Source: Candidatus Eiseniibacteriota bacterium (lineage in GTDB: Bacteria > Eisenbacteria > RBG-16-71-46). From it: a stretch of DNA of 64,000 bases. A program made the position numbers and the translations under genes. The notes beneath the pieces are model-generated. The model was not told the DNA's origin. It made no database searches and saw only the letters and a program-made list of their open reading frames with translations. Where the stretch lies: contig JBGPFC010000020.1 in assembly GCA_041483195.1 (NCBI GenBank), forward strand, positions 9,855 through 73,854, given 5' to 3'. Numbering within the stretch: the stretch's first letter is position 1; each line of letters starts with the position of its first letter. Shown one piece after another: positions 44,602 through 54,261 of this stretch.

Positions 44602-45984
44602 ATGAAGCGCATGCATCGAGTCATCGGGATTCTGCTCGCGGCCGCGGCATTCGCGGGCTGCAGCAAGATCAAGCCCATCACCGCGCCGAAGGCCGTGAGC
44701 GGCCGCGCGAGCTTCAGCGTGGTCGCCGCGCTGGGCGCGAACCTCACGGCCGGCTTCCAGTCCGGCGGCCTCGTTGATCGCCACCAGACCCGCAGCTACG
44801 TCTCGCTGTTCGCGCAGCAGGTGGGCGCGCGCCCGCTCGACGTGCCGACCATCAACGGCGACGGGATTCCGCCGCTGCTTCGCATCCGCCGGCTGCTGCC
44901 CCCGCCCACCATCATCGATTCGATCGGGCGCAACTTCGGAGCGCCGACCAACTTCGCGATCCCGACCGCCTACCACAACATGGCGGTCCCGGGCGCGCTG
45001 GTGAGCGACGTGAACGACACCAGCACCTACTACGCGGCGGCGCGCGCCAATCCGTACTTCGGCCTGATCGCGCGCGGGCAGGGCTCGCTCGGGCTGCAGG
45101 TCACCACCCACCTGAACCCGCCCGCCACGTTCATCGCCTTCCAGTTCGGACAGATCGAGGTGCTGGGCCCCGCGACCAAGGGGCTGGGAACGCCGCTGCT
45201 CACGGGGGTGCAGTTCGCGGCGCTGCTGAAGGCCGCGCTCGACACGATCGCCGTGCGCGCTCCGGCGGCGAAGGTCGCCGTGTTCAACGTCCCGGACATC
45301 ACGCTCTACCCGTTCTTCACGACGCTGCCGCCCACGCTGCTGGATGCGACCGGCAACATCCTGCGCGACGCGAACGGCAACCCGCGCTTCGTGCTCGGGC
45401 CCAACAACGTGCGGCTCACCGCGAACGATTACATTCTGCTCAGGGCCAGCACGCTGCTCGCCTCGGGCTACGGGTACCCGCTCGGCACGTATTCGTTTCT
45501 CTCGGGAGCGCCGGTCCCGGGCAACGGCATCGGGCTCGCCGACTCGATGGTGCTCTCATCGAGCGAGGCGCTGGGGCTCGCGGCCGAGATCCGCAGGTAC
45601 AACACCATCATCGACACCACGACGCTGCGTCACGACTACGTGCGGGTGGACATCGACGGCCTGTTCCGCACCGCCGCGACCACCGGCTTCAACTGGCACG
45701 GCACGACGTACACCAGCAAGTTCGTGACCGGCGGGCTCTTCAGCCTCGACGGCGTGAGCCCGAACGACATCATGCACGCGTTCATCTGCAACCGGCTGAT
45801 CGAGGCCGTGAACATGAGGTACGGCTCGACCATCCCGTTCCTCGACCCGACCCAGTACGGCACCCTCACCTCGTCGCGCGGCGGAGCGCCGCGTCGTGAA
45901 GAGGCGGGTCTGCCGCCGCTGGTGCTGAGCAGCGGGATGATGCTGCGCGACGCGTTCCCGTGGCGGGACCCGGCATCGCCCTAG
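44602..45984 (+). CDS. SGNH/GDSL-fold lipoprotein lacking catalytic residues
   Basis: Lipobox FAGC; block I GANLTAG; NMAVPG; block III GQIE; block V SLDGVSPN. Confidence 0.8.
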   Translation: MKRMHRVIGILLAAAAFAGCSKIKPITAPKAVSGRASFSVVAALGANLTAGFQSGGLVDRHQTRSYVSLFAQQVGARPLDVPTINGDGIPPLLRIRRLLPPPTIIDSIGRNFGAPTNFAIPTAYHNMAVPGALVSDVNDTSTYYAAARANPYFGLIARGQGSLGLQVTTHLNPPATFIAFQFGQIEVLGPATKGLGTPLLTGVQFAALLKAALDTIAVRAPAAKVAVFNVPDITLYPFFTTLPPTLLDATGNILRDANGNPRFVLGPNNVRLTANDYILLRASTLLASGYGYPLGTYSFLSGAPVPGNGIGLADSMVLSSSEALGLAAEIRRYNTIIDTTTLRHDYVRVDIDGLFRTAATTGFNWHGTTYTSKFVTGGLFSLDGVSPNDIMHAFICNRLIEAVNMRYGSTIPFLDPTQYGTLTSSRGGAPRREEAGLPPLVLSSGMMLRDAFPWRDPASP

Positions 45985-46007
45985 CGGCACGGGCGATCCC
46001 GATGGCG

Positions 46008-46047
46008 GCGAGAAGGGGCGGAGCCTCGAGGCTCCGCCCCTTCTCGC
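46008..46047. terminator. Perfect 40-bp palindrome between convergent genes
   Basis: GCGAGAAGGGGCGGAGCCTCGAGGCTCCGCCCCTTCTCGC. Confidence 0.75.
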
Positions 46048-46068
46048 GTGACTGCGTTACGGCCGAGG

Positions 46069-47718
46069 TTACGCCGGCGCTCCCAGCCGCTCCCACAACT
46101 CCTCGCGCACCAGGAACGGCTGCGCCGATCCGCTCGCGAGCAGCGCGGCGTGGAAGTCGTACAGGTTGAAGCGCGAGCCGAGGCGGCGCTCGGCCTCGCG
46201 GCGCAGCTCGACCAGCAGCATCTTGCCGACCAGATAGCTCATGGGCTGGGTGGGCGTCGCCGTGTAGCGCTTGACCTCGGCCTCGGCGTTCACGCGCTCG
46301 ATCATCGCCTGCTCGATCTGGTACTCCACCGCCTGCGCGATGGTCATGCGCCCGGTGTGGAGCCCGACGTCGATCACCACCCGGCACGCGCGCCACAGCA
46401 GATCCTTGAGCTGGAACAGCCGCGCGCGCGGATCGAGGTGGAATCCCTGCTCCCACATCAGCTCCTCGCAGTAGAGCGCCCAGCCCTCGGCCAGCACGTT
46501 GCTGTCGGCGATCCGGCGCAGGCGCGATCCGGTGCGGTTGGCGGTGCAGAGCTGGAGGTGGTGTCCGGGAAACGCCTCGTGCACCGACGTGAGCGCGATC
46601 GAGATGTAGTCGTGACCCTGGAGCTGCTGCCGTTGCTCCTCGCGCCGGCGCGAGAGATCGATGGGCGTCACGTAGAAGTACCCGGTCTGATCGGCGTCGA
46701 ACGGCGCGGGCGAGAGATAGGCGGCGTAGGGCGTGGTGGAGCGCTCGAACACCGGCGTGTCGATGATCTCGAGCGTCGCGTCGGGGATCGGCGCGATGCG
46801 CTTCTCGGTCACGAAGCGCCGCGCGCGCTCCATCTCGGCGACGTAGGCCTCGCGCACCTTGAGCGCCTCGGGGTGGCGCTGCTTGCCCTCCGCGATCTGC
46901 TCGCGCCAGCTCTTCGATGGATCGATGCGCTTCGCCTCGCTCTCGAGCAGCGCGCGCGTGCGCTCGACGTGCTCGCGGCCCCACGCCTCGAGATAGTTGC
47001 AGTCCATCGAGAGCAGGTGCTCGCGCTCGAGCTTGTAGTTCATCCAGCGCTCCCCGATCGCGTAGCTGCCGCCGATGCGGCCCTTGAGATCGCGATCGAG
47101 GAACTCCTGGAACTGGAGGAACCCGACCCGCGCGCGCGAGGCCGCGTGCTCGATGCGCTCGCCCTCGCCCGGGAAGCTGTGCATGAGCGTGCGCGCCATG
47201 TCGTCCACGAATCCGGGGCCGCTGCTGTTCACCTCGGAGGCGATCTCGCGGAACACGGCCGGCACCTGTCCGAGGTTGGCGCGCGCGCGCTCGAGGTACT
47301 CGGGAATCGCCATCATGCGCGCGAGGATCGGCTCCTTGCGCTCGACCAGCGGCGCGAAGGGCCGCGCCATCAGCAGGAACAGGCCGTGCAGCGCGGTGTC
47401 GGGATAGATCGCGGGGTTTCGCGTGTGGCTCCGGATCTCCTCGAGCTCGGCGCGCGCGGTCGCGATCCGCGAGCGCAGGATCGCGAAATCCACGCGCTGC
47501 TCGGTGGGCAGCTCCTCCCACGGCACGGCGGTGACCAGGCGCTGGTCGAAGTCGCGCAGCCACGCGCTCTCGTCGCGGAAGCCGTCCGGGGTGTGGTTCG
47601 GCAGCAGCGAATCGTAGTCGTGGATGCCCTGCAGAGTGGCGGCGACCGGGTGGTGGCGCAGGGAGACTTCGACGTACTCCTCGCTCAGCGCGGCGAACGA
47701 CTTGACGCTGTCGGCCAT
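46069..47718 (-). CDS. DUF885 family protein without signal peptide
   Basis: HEAFPGHHLQ, EGWALYCE, RVVIDVGLH and PTQPMSY motifs. Confidence 0.92.
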   Translation of the reverse strand: MADSVKSFAALSEEYVEVSLRHHPVAATLQGIHDYDSLLPNHTPDGFRDESAWLRDFDQRLVTAVPWEELPTEQRVDFAILRSRIATARAELEEIRSHTRNPAIYPDTALHGLFLLMARPFAPLVERKEPILARMMAIPEYLERARANLGQVPAVFREIASEVNSSGPGFVDDMARTLMHSFPGEGERIEHAASRARVGFLQFQEFLDRDLKGRIGGSYAIGERWMNYKLEREHLLSMDCNYLEAWGREHVERTRALLESEAKRIDPSKSWREQIAEGKQRHPEALKVREAYVAEMERARRFVTEKRIAPIPDATLEIIDTPVFERSTTPYAAYLSPAPFDADQTGYFYVTPIDLSRRREEQRQQLQGHDYISIALTSVHEAFPGHHLQLCTANRTGSRLRRIADSNVLAEGWALYCEELMWEQGFHLDPRARLFQLKDLLWRACRVVIDVGLHTGRMTIAQAVEYQIEQAMIERVNAEAEVKRYTATPTQPMSYLVGKMLLVELRREAERRLGSRFNLYDFHAALLASGSAQPFLVREELWERLGAPA

Positions 47719-47846
47719 GGGGCTCCGAGGTTGGCGATCGAGGGCCCCCGCGCGCTGCTCCCGCGGAGGCCGTTCAGGGTTCAGGGCCGGTGCGATGCTA
47801 TCCGATTCGCACCACGTTCGCAGCCTGCTTGCCCTTGGGGCCGGGC
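47602..47846. repeat. 245-bp direct repeat, copy 1
   Basis: Matches 48755-48999 with 4 substitutions (manual alignment). Confidence 0.95.
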
Positions 47847-47890
47847 GATGGAAGTCTCGCCATGCGGGGCTCGCATGAGTGGCAAGGGCG

Positions 47891-48733
47891 TCACAGCTGA
47901 ACAACCGCATCGCGCTTCTCGATGCGCCAAACCATGCGAATCGACGGTAACAAGTGATCGGCGGTGCTGCCGAACCGCCGCAGAATCGCGTGAACCGGGG
48001 CGACCGCCAGGAGTATCAGCCGCTTGAGTGCGACCTGCGTTCCGCCGAGCGTTCGATACGCCTCGCCCCACTCGCGCGCAAAGTAGAGCTGCGTCGCACG
48101 CTCGAGACGCGTCACCTGCGGAGCGCGCCGAAGCAGCTGCTCGTAGCCGCCGAGGCTCAGGTATTGCGATGGCTCGTAGCGCTTGCCGCGGATCTTCGCC
48201 GTAAGCCACATCCGACCTGCGCGCGGCAGCACCCAGTGGGCAAGCGGAACGCGGTTGTCGTGGTAGTCCACCGGGAACCACTGGTTGGGCGTCTCGACCA
48301 GCAGATGGCCTGCCGGACGCAGCACGCGCACGGACTCGTCGAGCACGCGCTGTTTGGCGTCGCGGCCGAAGAGGTGTTCTAGTACCTGCCAGAGGACAAC
48401 GAGGTCGAATGCTCCGTCTCGGAACGGGAGCCGGTAGTGCTCCTGCTGGGCGAGCGCGACGCGGCTTCGATGCTCGGATGGGAGGGTGGGGAGCCGCTCG
48501 CGCGCGGCACGCTTGAGTTCTTCGCGCGACACGTCGCACCCGACGACCAATTTCGCGGACGTCTGCGCAAGCGCGATCAGATTACGCCCGTAGCCGCACC
48601 CGACCTCGAGCACGCGCCCCCCCCCAATAAATCGCTGAGCCACCGGTGCCAACTCCTCGAGTGCGAATGCATCGCCTTCGGCGCCGTGATAACGCTCGTT
48701 GAGCCGACGGAACCAGCGCGACAGGAAGAGCAC
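47891..48733 (-). CDS. Class I SAM-dependent methyltransferase (inserted gene)
   Basis: VLEVGCGYG, LPFRDGAFDLV, VLEH and ETPN motifs. Confidence 0.9.
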   Translation of the reverse strand: MLFLSRWFRRLNERYHGAEGDAFALEELAPVAQRFIGGGRVLEVGCGYGRNLIALAQTSAKLVVGCDVSREELKRAARERLPTLPSEHRSRVALAQQEHYRLPFRDGAFDLVVLWQVLEHLFGRDAKQRVLDESVRVLRPAGHLLVETPNQWFPVDYHDNRVPLAHWVLPRAGRMWLTAKIRGKRYEPSQYLSLGGYEQLLRRAPQVTRLERATQLYFAREWGEAYRTLGGTQVALKRLILLAVAPVHAILRRFGSTADHLLPSIRMVWRIEKRDAVVQL

Positions 48734-48742
48734 CGGCTCGCT

Positions 48743-48871
48743 CTAACTCCGGACCAGCAGCGAATCGTAGTCGTGGATGCCCTGCAGCGTGGCGGCGACC
48801 GGGTGGTGGCGCAGGGAGACTTCGACGTACTCCTCGCTCAGCGCGGCGAACGACTTGACGCTGTCGACCAT
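48743..48871 (-). pseudogene. Duplicated, truncated DUF885 N-terminus (42 aa)
   Basis: MVDSVKSFAALSEEY...DYDSLLVRS*, copy of the 47718 start. Confidence 0.8.
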
Positions 48872-48999
48872 GGGGCTCCGAGGTTGGCGATCGAAGGCCC
48901 CCGCGCGCTGCTGCCGCGGAGGCCGTTCAGGGTTCAGGGCCGGTGCGATGCTATCCGATTCGCACCACGTTCGCAGCCTGCTTGCCCTTGGGGCCGGGC
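48755..48999. repeat. 245-bp direct repeat, copy 2
   Basis: Matches 47602-47846. Confidence 0.95.
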
Positions 49000-49589
49000 A
49001 CGATGTCGAACTCCACGCGCTCGCCCTCTCGCAGCACCTTGAACCCATCGGCCTGGATCGCGGAGAAGTGAACGAATATGTCCTCGCCGCCCTCGTCCTG
49101 GATGAAGCCGAACCCCTTCGCCTCGTTGAACCACTTGACCGAGCCCTGGGTGCGGCCGGTCGAGCCGCCATTGTCATCGGTCGATGTCCGGGGAGCCGCG
49201 CCGCGCGGGCGCGGGCCCTCGCGCGCCGGCGCTCCGCCGCGCGCTGGCGCACCCGAGCGCGCGGGCTTGCGCGACTGGAAGCAGTTGCGACAGTAGATGG
49301 GCTTGCCGGTGGTGGGCGGGAACGGCACCTCGGTCTGCGCGCCGCACTCCGAGCACACCGCGGGATACATGGTGCGCTCGCGACCCGCGCCCCCGGGACG
49401 ACCGCCGCCCGCGTGGCGCGCATCGCCCGCCGCGCCCCGCTGACCCTTGCGACTCTCGCGGCAGCGCTTGCACCGGGTCGGCGCGTTCGTCAGGCCGTGC
49501 GTCCGGTAGAATTCCTGCTCTCCGACCGTGAATAGAAATTCCTCTCCGCAATCGACGCACTTGATCCGCTGATCTTCGCCGTTATCCAT
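48951..49589 (-). CDS. Zinc-ribbon + CxxC-x17-CxxC + cold-shock domain protein
   Basis: CVDC...EQEFY...CKRC; CSEC...[17 protein letters not shown] and FVHFS (RNP1/RNP2). Confidence 0.92.
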   Translation of the reverse strand: MDNGEDQRIKCVDCGEEFLFTVGEQEFYRTHGLTNAPTRCKRCRESRKGQRGAAGDARHAGGGRPGGAGRERTMYPAVCSECGAQTEVPFPPTTGKPIYCRNCFQSRKPARSGAPARGGAPAREGPRPRGAAPRTSTDDNGGSTGRTQGSVKWFNEAKGFGFIQDEGGEDIFVHFSAIQADGFKVLREGERVEFDIVPGPKGKQAANVVRIG

Positions 49590-49794
49590 GGGACGATACC
49601 GGGCCTTCCGGGGGGCGGGAACGGGAGCCGTGGGCGTGATACAGAAAAGCCCCAGCAGCGCTACGCTGCCGGGGCGACATCGACGTCGAGACGGTCGAGC
49701 CGGGAAGACGAAGGGTGGGGGCTGAACTGAAACCAATATACACGGACGCACCACGCTCGATCGGACACACGATGACACACGTACGTCGGGAAAA

Positions 49795-49824
49795 AGTATA
49801 GGGGGGCGCGGAGAGGAGTGTCAA
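49795..49824 (-). promoter_or_regulatory. Near-consensus sigma70 promoter for the cold-shock-domain gene
   Basis: TTGACA-18 nt-TATACT on the minus strand, about 200 nt upstream of the ATG. Confidence 0.75.
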
Positions 49825-49909
49825 TGACCGAGCGGGGCGGGGGCCGGCAGCGGTTTCGACCGCTGGTGGAGCATCCGAAACGATGCGAGGCCGCGCCACG
49901 CGGCCGGTT

Positions 49910-50797
49910 TCAGCCTGCCGCGCGCTCCTCGTCGCACAGCACCCGCAGCACCTCGCTCATGGTGATCACGTCGAGCAGGTTGTGGTGGAAGACCGGGATC
50001 AACCGGTAGGGATCGCCGTTTCGCACGAAGTCGTGATAGAGGCCGGGAACCTCTTCCGATGGCACGTCGCCCGAGCGGCGGCGGCGGCAGACGTGATATT
50101 CGAGCGTCTGCAGCCTGCAATCGACGAGCTTCCCCTTCCACCGCCGGCGCGCGATGTGAAGCAGATCCACGTGGCGCGGCGGCATGGTGACCCGTACGCC
50201 GTGCACCACCGCGCGGCCCTGAAGAAACGGCACGTCGTAGGACTTGCCGTTGAACGTCACGAGAAACTCGAAGCCGCGCGCGCACTCCGCGAGCGCGCGC
50301 AGCAGCGCCGCCTCTTCGCCGTAGTGGCGGGCGAAGAACTGCCTCAGCACGAAGTCCTCGCCGTTCCAGTGCATGGTGCCGGCCAGGAACACCGGGCTCG
50401 ATGCGAGCCCGCCGGTCTCGAGATCGAGGAACAGCACGCGCTCGAGCCCGCCCGCCGCGAGCGCCGCCAGCTCGGGCTCGCTCGCCGTGGCGGGGCCGAG
50501 CCGCCCCCAGTGCGGGCGGCGCTTCTCGATCTCGGAGCGCAGCCGCTCGTGCACGTACACCACGCCGTGCGCATCGCGCCATTCGCCGCCCGGGAGAAAC
50601 TCCTCGACGCCGGCCGGGGCGGGGGTGGCCGTGCGCGCCGAGCCTGCCGCCCCCGCGCGTGCCGCGCCCTTCGAGCGGGCTCGCTTGCGCGGCGGGGCCG
50701 CGGCGTTCGGGACGCCGGCCCCGAGTTTCGCGACGCCCGCGCGGCGCCCGCGCGCCAGCTCGCCGAGGCGCGCCCGCAGCGTCTCGTCAGCCGCCAT
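49910..50797 (-). CDS. RNase H-like exonuclease (YprB/MrfB family)
   Basis: FLDLET, TFNGKSYD, HVDLLH and HNLLDV (DEDDh) motifs. Confidence 0.88.
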   Translation of the reverse strand: MAADETLRARLGELARGRRAGVAKLGAGVPNAAAPPRKRARSKGAARAGAAGSARTATPAPAGVEEFLPGGEWRDAHGVVYVHERLRSEIEKRRPHWGRLGPATASEPELAALAAGGLERVLFLDLETGGLASSPVFLAGTMHWNGEDFVLRQFFARHYGEEAALLRALAECARGFEFLVTFNGKSYDVPFLQGRAVVHGVRVTMPPRHVDLLHIARRRWKGKLVDCRLQTLEYHVCRRRRSGDVPSEEVPGLYHDFVRNGDPYRLIPVFHHNLLDVITMSEVLRVLCDEERAAG

Positions 50798-51566
50798 GCG
50801 CCCCCGCCGCCGCGCCCATGTCGGCGAGCAGGATCAGCCGGCGGCTCTCGGTGGAGTACTCGCTCCGATCGGCGCCGCCCCATGCCTCGCGCACCGTGAG
50901 CCCGTTGCGGCGCAGCAGCGCCGTCAGCTCGGCGCAGGTGTACGCGCGCAGGTCGTATTCCTTCGCGACCCGCGCGCCGCCCGCCGGCTCGATCAGCGTC
51001 TGGCGGGTGATGACGCGCGAGCGGTTGAGGTCGATCGTGATCTCCTCCATGAGCAGCGCGCCGTCGGCGCGCTGGTTCCAGGTGCGCTGCTGCGGGTGGG
51101 TGAGCAGCCAGTCGCGATTCACCATGTCGAGCAGCAGCTTCCCTCCCGGCCTGAGCGCGCGCGCGATGCGGCCCAGCACGGCCTCGTTCTCCTCGTCGGA
51201 GTAGTACCCGAACGACGTGAAGTACGAGTACACGCCGTCGAAGCGCCGCTCGAAGTCGAGGGCGCGCATGTCGAACGCCGCCCATTCGATCTCGACTCCC
51301 GCGCGCTTCGCATCGGCCGCCGCGAGCTCGAGGTAGCGCGGGTTGAAGTCGGCGCCGGTCACGCGGTAGCCGCGCTTCGCCATCTGGATCGCGTGGCGGC
51401 CGCTGCCGCACGCCAGGTCGAGCACGTGCGAGCCGGCGGGCAGCGCGAGCGCGCCGGCGATGAAGTCCACCTCGGCGGCCGTGCGCTCCGGCGTGAACTG
51501 CGGCAGGTAGATCTTCAGGTATTCGTCGTCGAAGAAGGCGACCGGCCAGTCGGCGTGCGTCTTCAT
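50787..51566 (-). CDS. Class I SAM-dependent methyltransferase
   Basis: VLDLACGSGRH, DMR and FTSFGY motifs. Confidence 0.92.
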   Translation of the reverse strand: MKTHADWPVAFFDDEYLKIYLPQFTPERTAAEVDFIAGALALPAGSHVLDLACGSGRHAIQMAKRGYRVTGADFNPRYLELAAADAKRAGVEIEWAAFDMRALDFERRFDGVYSYFTSFGYYSDEENEAVLGRIARALRPGGKLLLDMVNRDWLLTHPQQRTWNQRADGALLMEEITIDLNRSRVITRQTLIEPAGGARVAKEYDLRAYTCAELTALLRRNGLTVREAWGGADRSEYSTESRRLILLADMGAAAGAHGG

Positions 51567-53944
51567 GCGTGGGTTCCTCCGAGCCAGTGACGGAGCAGTG
51601 CGCGCGCGGCGTCCTTGCCGGGAATCGCGCGCGCGCGGCCCAGATCGGGATCCTGCTGCTGCGCGGGCCTCAGGATGGGAAGCCCCACGCACGAAGGGCA
51701 GCCGGTCGCGCACTCGCACGCCTCGAGGTGCTCGAGCGAGCGGCGCGCCAGCTCCTCGAGCCGCGTGAATCCCTGCTCCGCGAAGCCGAGCCCGCCGGGA
51801 TAGCGGTCGAACACGAACAACGCGGGTCGCCCCAGGTTGGACGAGTCGATCATGCCGCCCAGGTCGGCGGGATCGCACATGCTGAGCATGGAGAGCAGCG
51901 TGAGGAACAGGTTGCGCGCGCCCGACAGCCCCTCGATCGGGTTGAGGCCGGCGCGCGCGACCGCGCTCCACGCGGCCTCGCTGGGCGCGAACCAGAACCC
52001 GACGGTCTCGAGCGTGAGCTTCGGCAGCGCGAGCGGGTGGTAGCCGATCGCATCGAGCGAGTGGAATCGGATTTTCTTCATCGCGACCGTCTGCCAGGCG
52101 TACGTGACCTCGCCGAGCGACAGGCGCTCGCCACGCCATTCCCGGCTCTGCAGCTCGCCGCGCACCCGGATCTGGGTCTCGAGCACCGGCTGCGTGTAGT
52201 AGTCCACCTCGCGCGGCTCGACGTACGCGACCTTCTGCTCGAGGTCGAGCTCGCGCACGAAGCAGGTCTGGCCCTCGTGCAGGTAGATCGCCTCGGGATA
52301 CACGAGCTCGAGGGCGCTGATCGCGTCCACGTTGCCCATCACCGCGTTGGAGCGGGTGGCGTCCATGATGGTGTAGGTGTCGTCGGAGATGGTGCGCAGG
52401 CTCACCCGCTGCGCCGGGAACTCGGTCTTCGCCCAGTAGGCGCGGCCGTCGATGACCTTCGCCTCTCCCGCCTCTTCCAGCGCGGCCAGGATCGCCGGCG
52501 TCTGCGGCCCGAACGCCGCCTCGTCGCCGGGTCCGAGCGGCAGCTCGTACGCCGCGCACGCGAGCTGCGACGCGAGGATGTAGGGATTGTGCGGGTCGAT
52601 GCACGCCGCCTCCGGCGAGCGCCCGAAGAAGTAGTCCGGGTGCCGCATCAGGAACTGGTCGACGGTGTCGTTGTACGCGACCAGCACCGCGATCGCCGGC
52701 TCGCCCTTGCGCCCCGCGCGACCCGCCTGCTGCCAGGCGCTCGCGAGCGTTGGCGGCGCGCCGATCATCACCACCGCGTCCAGCCCGCCGATGTCGACGC
52801 CCAGCTCGAGCGCGTTGGTGCTCACCACGCCACGCAGCTCGCCAGAGAACAAAGCGCGCTCGATCGCGCGCCGCTCTTCGGGCAGATAGCCGCCGCGGTA
52901 GGGCTTGATGCGCTGATCGAGGCGGGGCTCGACCCGCGCCAGCCGCTCGCGCGCGTAGCGATACACCAGCTCCGCCGCGACCCGCGACTTGGTGAATGCG
53001 AGCGTCTGCGCTCCGGATTCGACCAGCCCGGTGAAGAGCGTGCAGCCCTCGACATTCGACGAGCGCCGCTCGACCCGCGTCTCGTCTGCGTAGGGCGGGT
53101 TCCAGAACACGAAGTGCTTCTCGCCGCGCGGCGAGCCGTCGTCGTCCACCACCCGCACCTCGCGCCCGGTGAGACCGGCCGCCAGCTCGCCCGGGTTGCG
53201 GATGGTCGCGCTGCACAGCACGACGCGGAACTCGCCGCCGTGATGGCGCACGATGCGGTCGAGACGGCGCAGCACGTTCGCGACGTGCGACCCGAAGATG
53301 CCGCGGTACGCGTGCATCTCGTCTATCACGACGTGCCGCAGCGCGCGCAGGAAGCGCCCCCACTTCGCGTGCGCGGGCAGGATGCCCTGATGCAGCATGT
53401 CGGGATTGGAGAGGATGACGTTGCCTTCGTCCCGAACGCGGCGGCGGGTGGTCGCCTGCGTGTCGCCGTCGTACACGCCGGCGCGCAACACCTTGAGCAG
53501 ATCGGGGTGCCCGGTCGCGAGCCGGGTCAGCCCCTTGAGCTGATCCTGCGCGAGCGCCTTGGTCGGGTAGAGGTAGAGCGCGGTGGCGCCGGGATCGGTC
53601 AGCAATCGCTCGAGCACCGGCAGGTGATAGCAGAGACTCTTGCCGCTCGCGGTGCCCGTGACCACCACGGTGTCGAGCCCGCCGCGCAGCGCCTCGATCG
53701 CCTGCACCTGATGCGTGTAGAGGCGCTCGATGCCCTGCGCGCCGAGCGCGTCGGCGAGCGGCGCCGGCAGCGCGAGCGCGAGCTCGCCGAAGCGCGCGGG
53801 CCGCGGCGGCAGCGTCTCCCAGTGACAAAGCGCGCCGCGGTTCTCCGGCCTCCGCGCGAGCGCAGAGAGCCAGCCGGCGACGCCGGTTTCGGTCTCGTCG
53901 GAGACGCGATCTCCCTCGAGGAAACGCGCAGGTCTGGCTTGCAT
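51563..53944 (-). CDS. DEAH-box helicase with DUF1998 (YprA/MrfA/Hrq1 family)
   Basis: TASGKS, DEMH, SAT, QQAGRAGR and C-terminal CECATGCPSC motifs; start uncertain. Confidence 0.93.
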   Translation of the reverse strand: MQARPARFLEGDRVSDETETGVAGWLSALARRPENRGALCHWETLPPRPARFGELALALPAPLADALGAQGIERLYTHQVQAIEALRGGLDTVVVTGTASGKSLCYHLPVLERLLTDPGATALYLYPTKALAQDQLKGLTRLATGHPDLLKVLRAGVYDGDTQATTRRRVRDEGNVILSNPDMLHQGILPAHAKWGRFLRALRHVVIDEMHAYRGIFGSHVANVLRRLDRIVRHHGGEFRVVLCSATIRNPGELAAGLTGREVRVVDDDGSPRGEKHFVFWNPPYADETRVERRSSNVEGCTLFTGLVESGAQTLAFTKSRVAAELVYRYARERLARVEPRLDQRIKPYRGGYLPEERRAIERALFSGELRGVVSTNALELGVDIGGLDAVVMIGAPPTLASAWQQAGRAGRKGEPAIAVLVAYNDTVDQFLMRHPDYFFGRSPEAACIDPHNPYILASQLACAAYELPLGPGDEAAFGPQTPAILAALEEAGEAKVIDGRAYWAKTEFPAQRVSLRTISDDTYTIMDATRSNAVMGNVDAISALELVYPEAIYLHEGQTCFVRELDLEQKVAYVEPREVDYYTQPVLETQIRVRGELQSREWRGERLSLGEVTYAWQTVAMKKIRFHSLDAIGYHPLALPKLTLETVGFWFAPSEAAWSAVARAGLNPIEGLSGARNLFLTLLSMLSMCDPADLGGMIDSSNLGRPALFVFDRYPGGLGFAEQGFTRLEELARRSLEHLEACECATGCPSCVGLPILRPAQQQDPDLGRARAIPGKDAARALLRHWLGGTHA

Positions 53945-54099
53945 GGAGTGAACCCCGGGAGCGCGCGCACGGCGCTCCGTGAAATCTCGGCGGGAGCGCT
54001 CGGGACGCTCGCGAATGTGGCGTGGCTCGACGCTGCGAGCTCGGCGGAGTATAGCGGGGGGTGAGGCTGCACGAAAGGCATTGTGTCTGGTGCTCGAGG

Positions 54100-54187
54100 G
54101 CGGGGCGCCGGGCGGGCGCGGGGGGTCCCCTGCCTCATAGAGGTAAATCTTCGGCTGGGGACCCCCCGCGCCCGCCCGGCGCCCCGC
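54100..54187. repeat. 31-bp perfect inverted repeat with 26-nt loop
   Basis: 54100-54130 is the exact reverse complement of 54157-54187. Confidence 0.9.
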
Positions 54188-54261
54188 GCTCGCCAACGAG
54201 CAGCGCATGCTAAATTGCGCGGGCCGCGCCCCATACTCTCGACCTCACCAGGGAACACCCG

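Noticed and set aside
47847..48754. Integron cassette origin of the inserted methyltransferase (GTTAGAG just before its start)
   Set aside because: Imperfect GTTRRRY, no RYYYAAC/attC after the stop, and no intI in the window.
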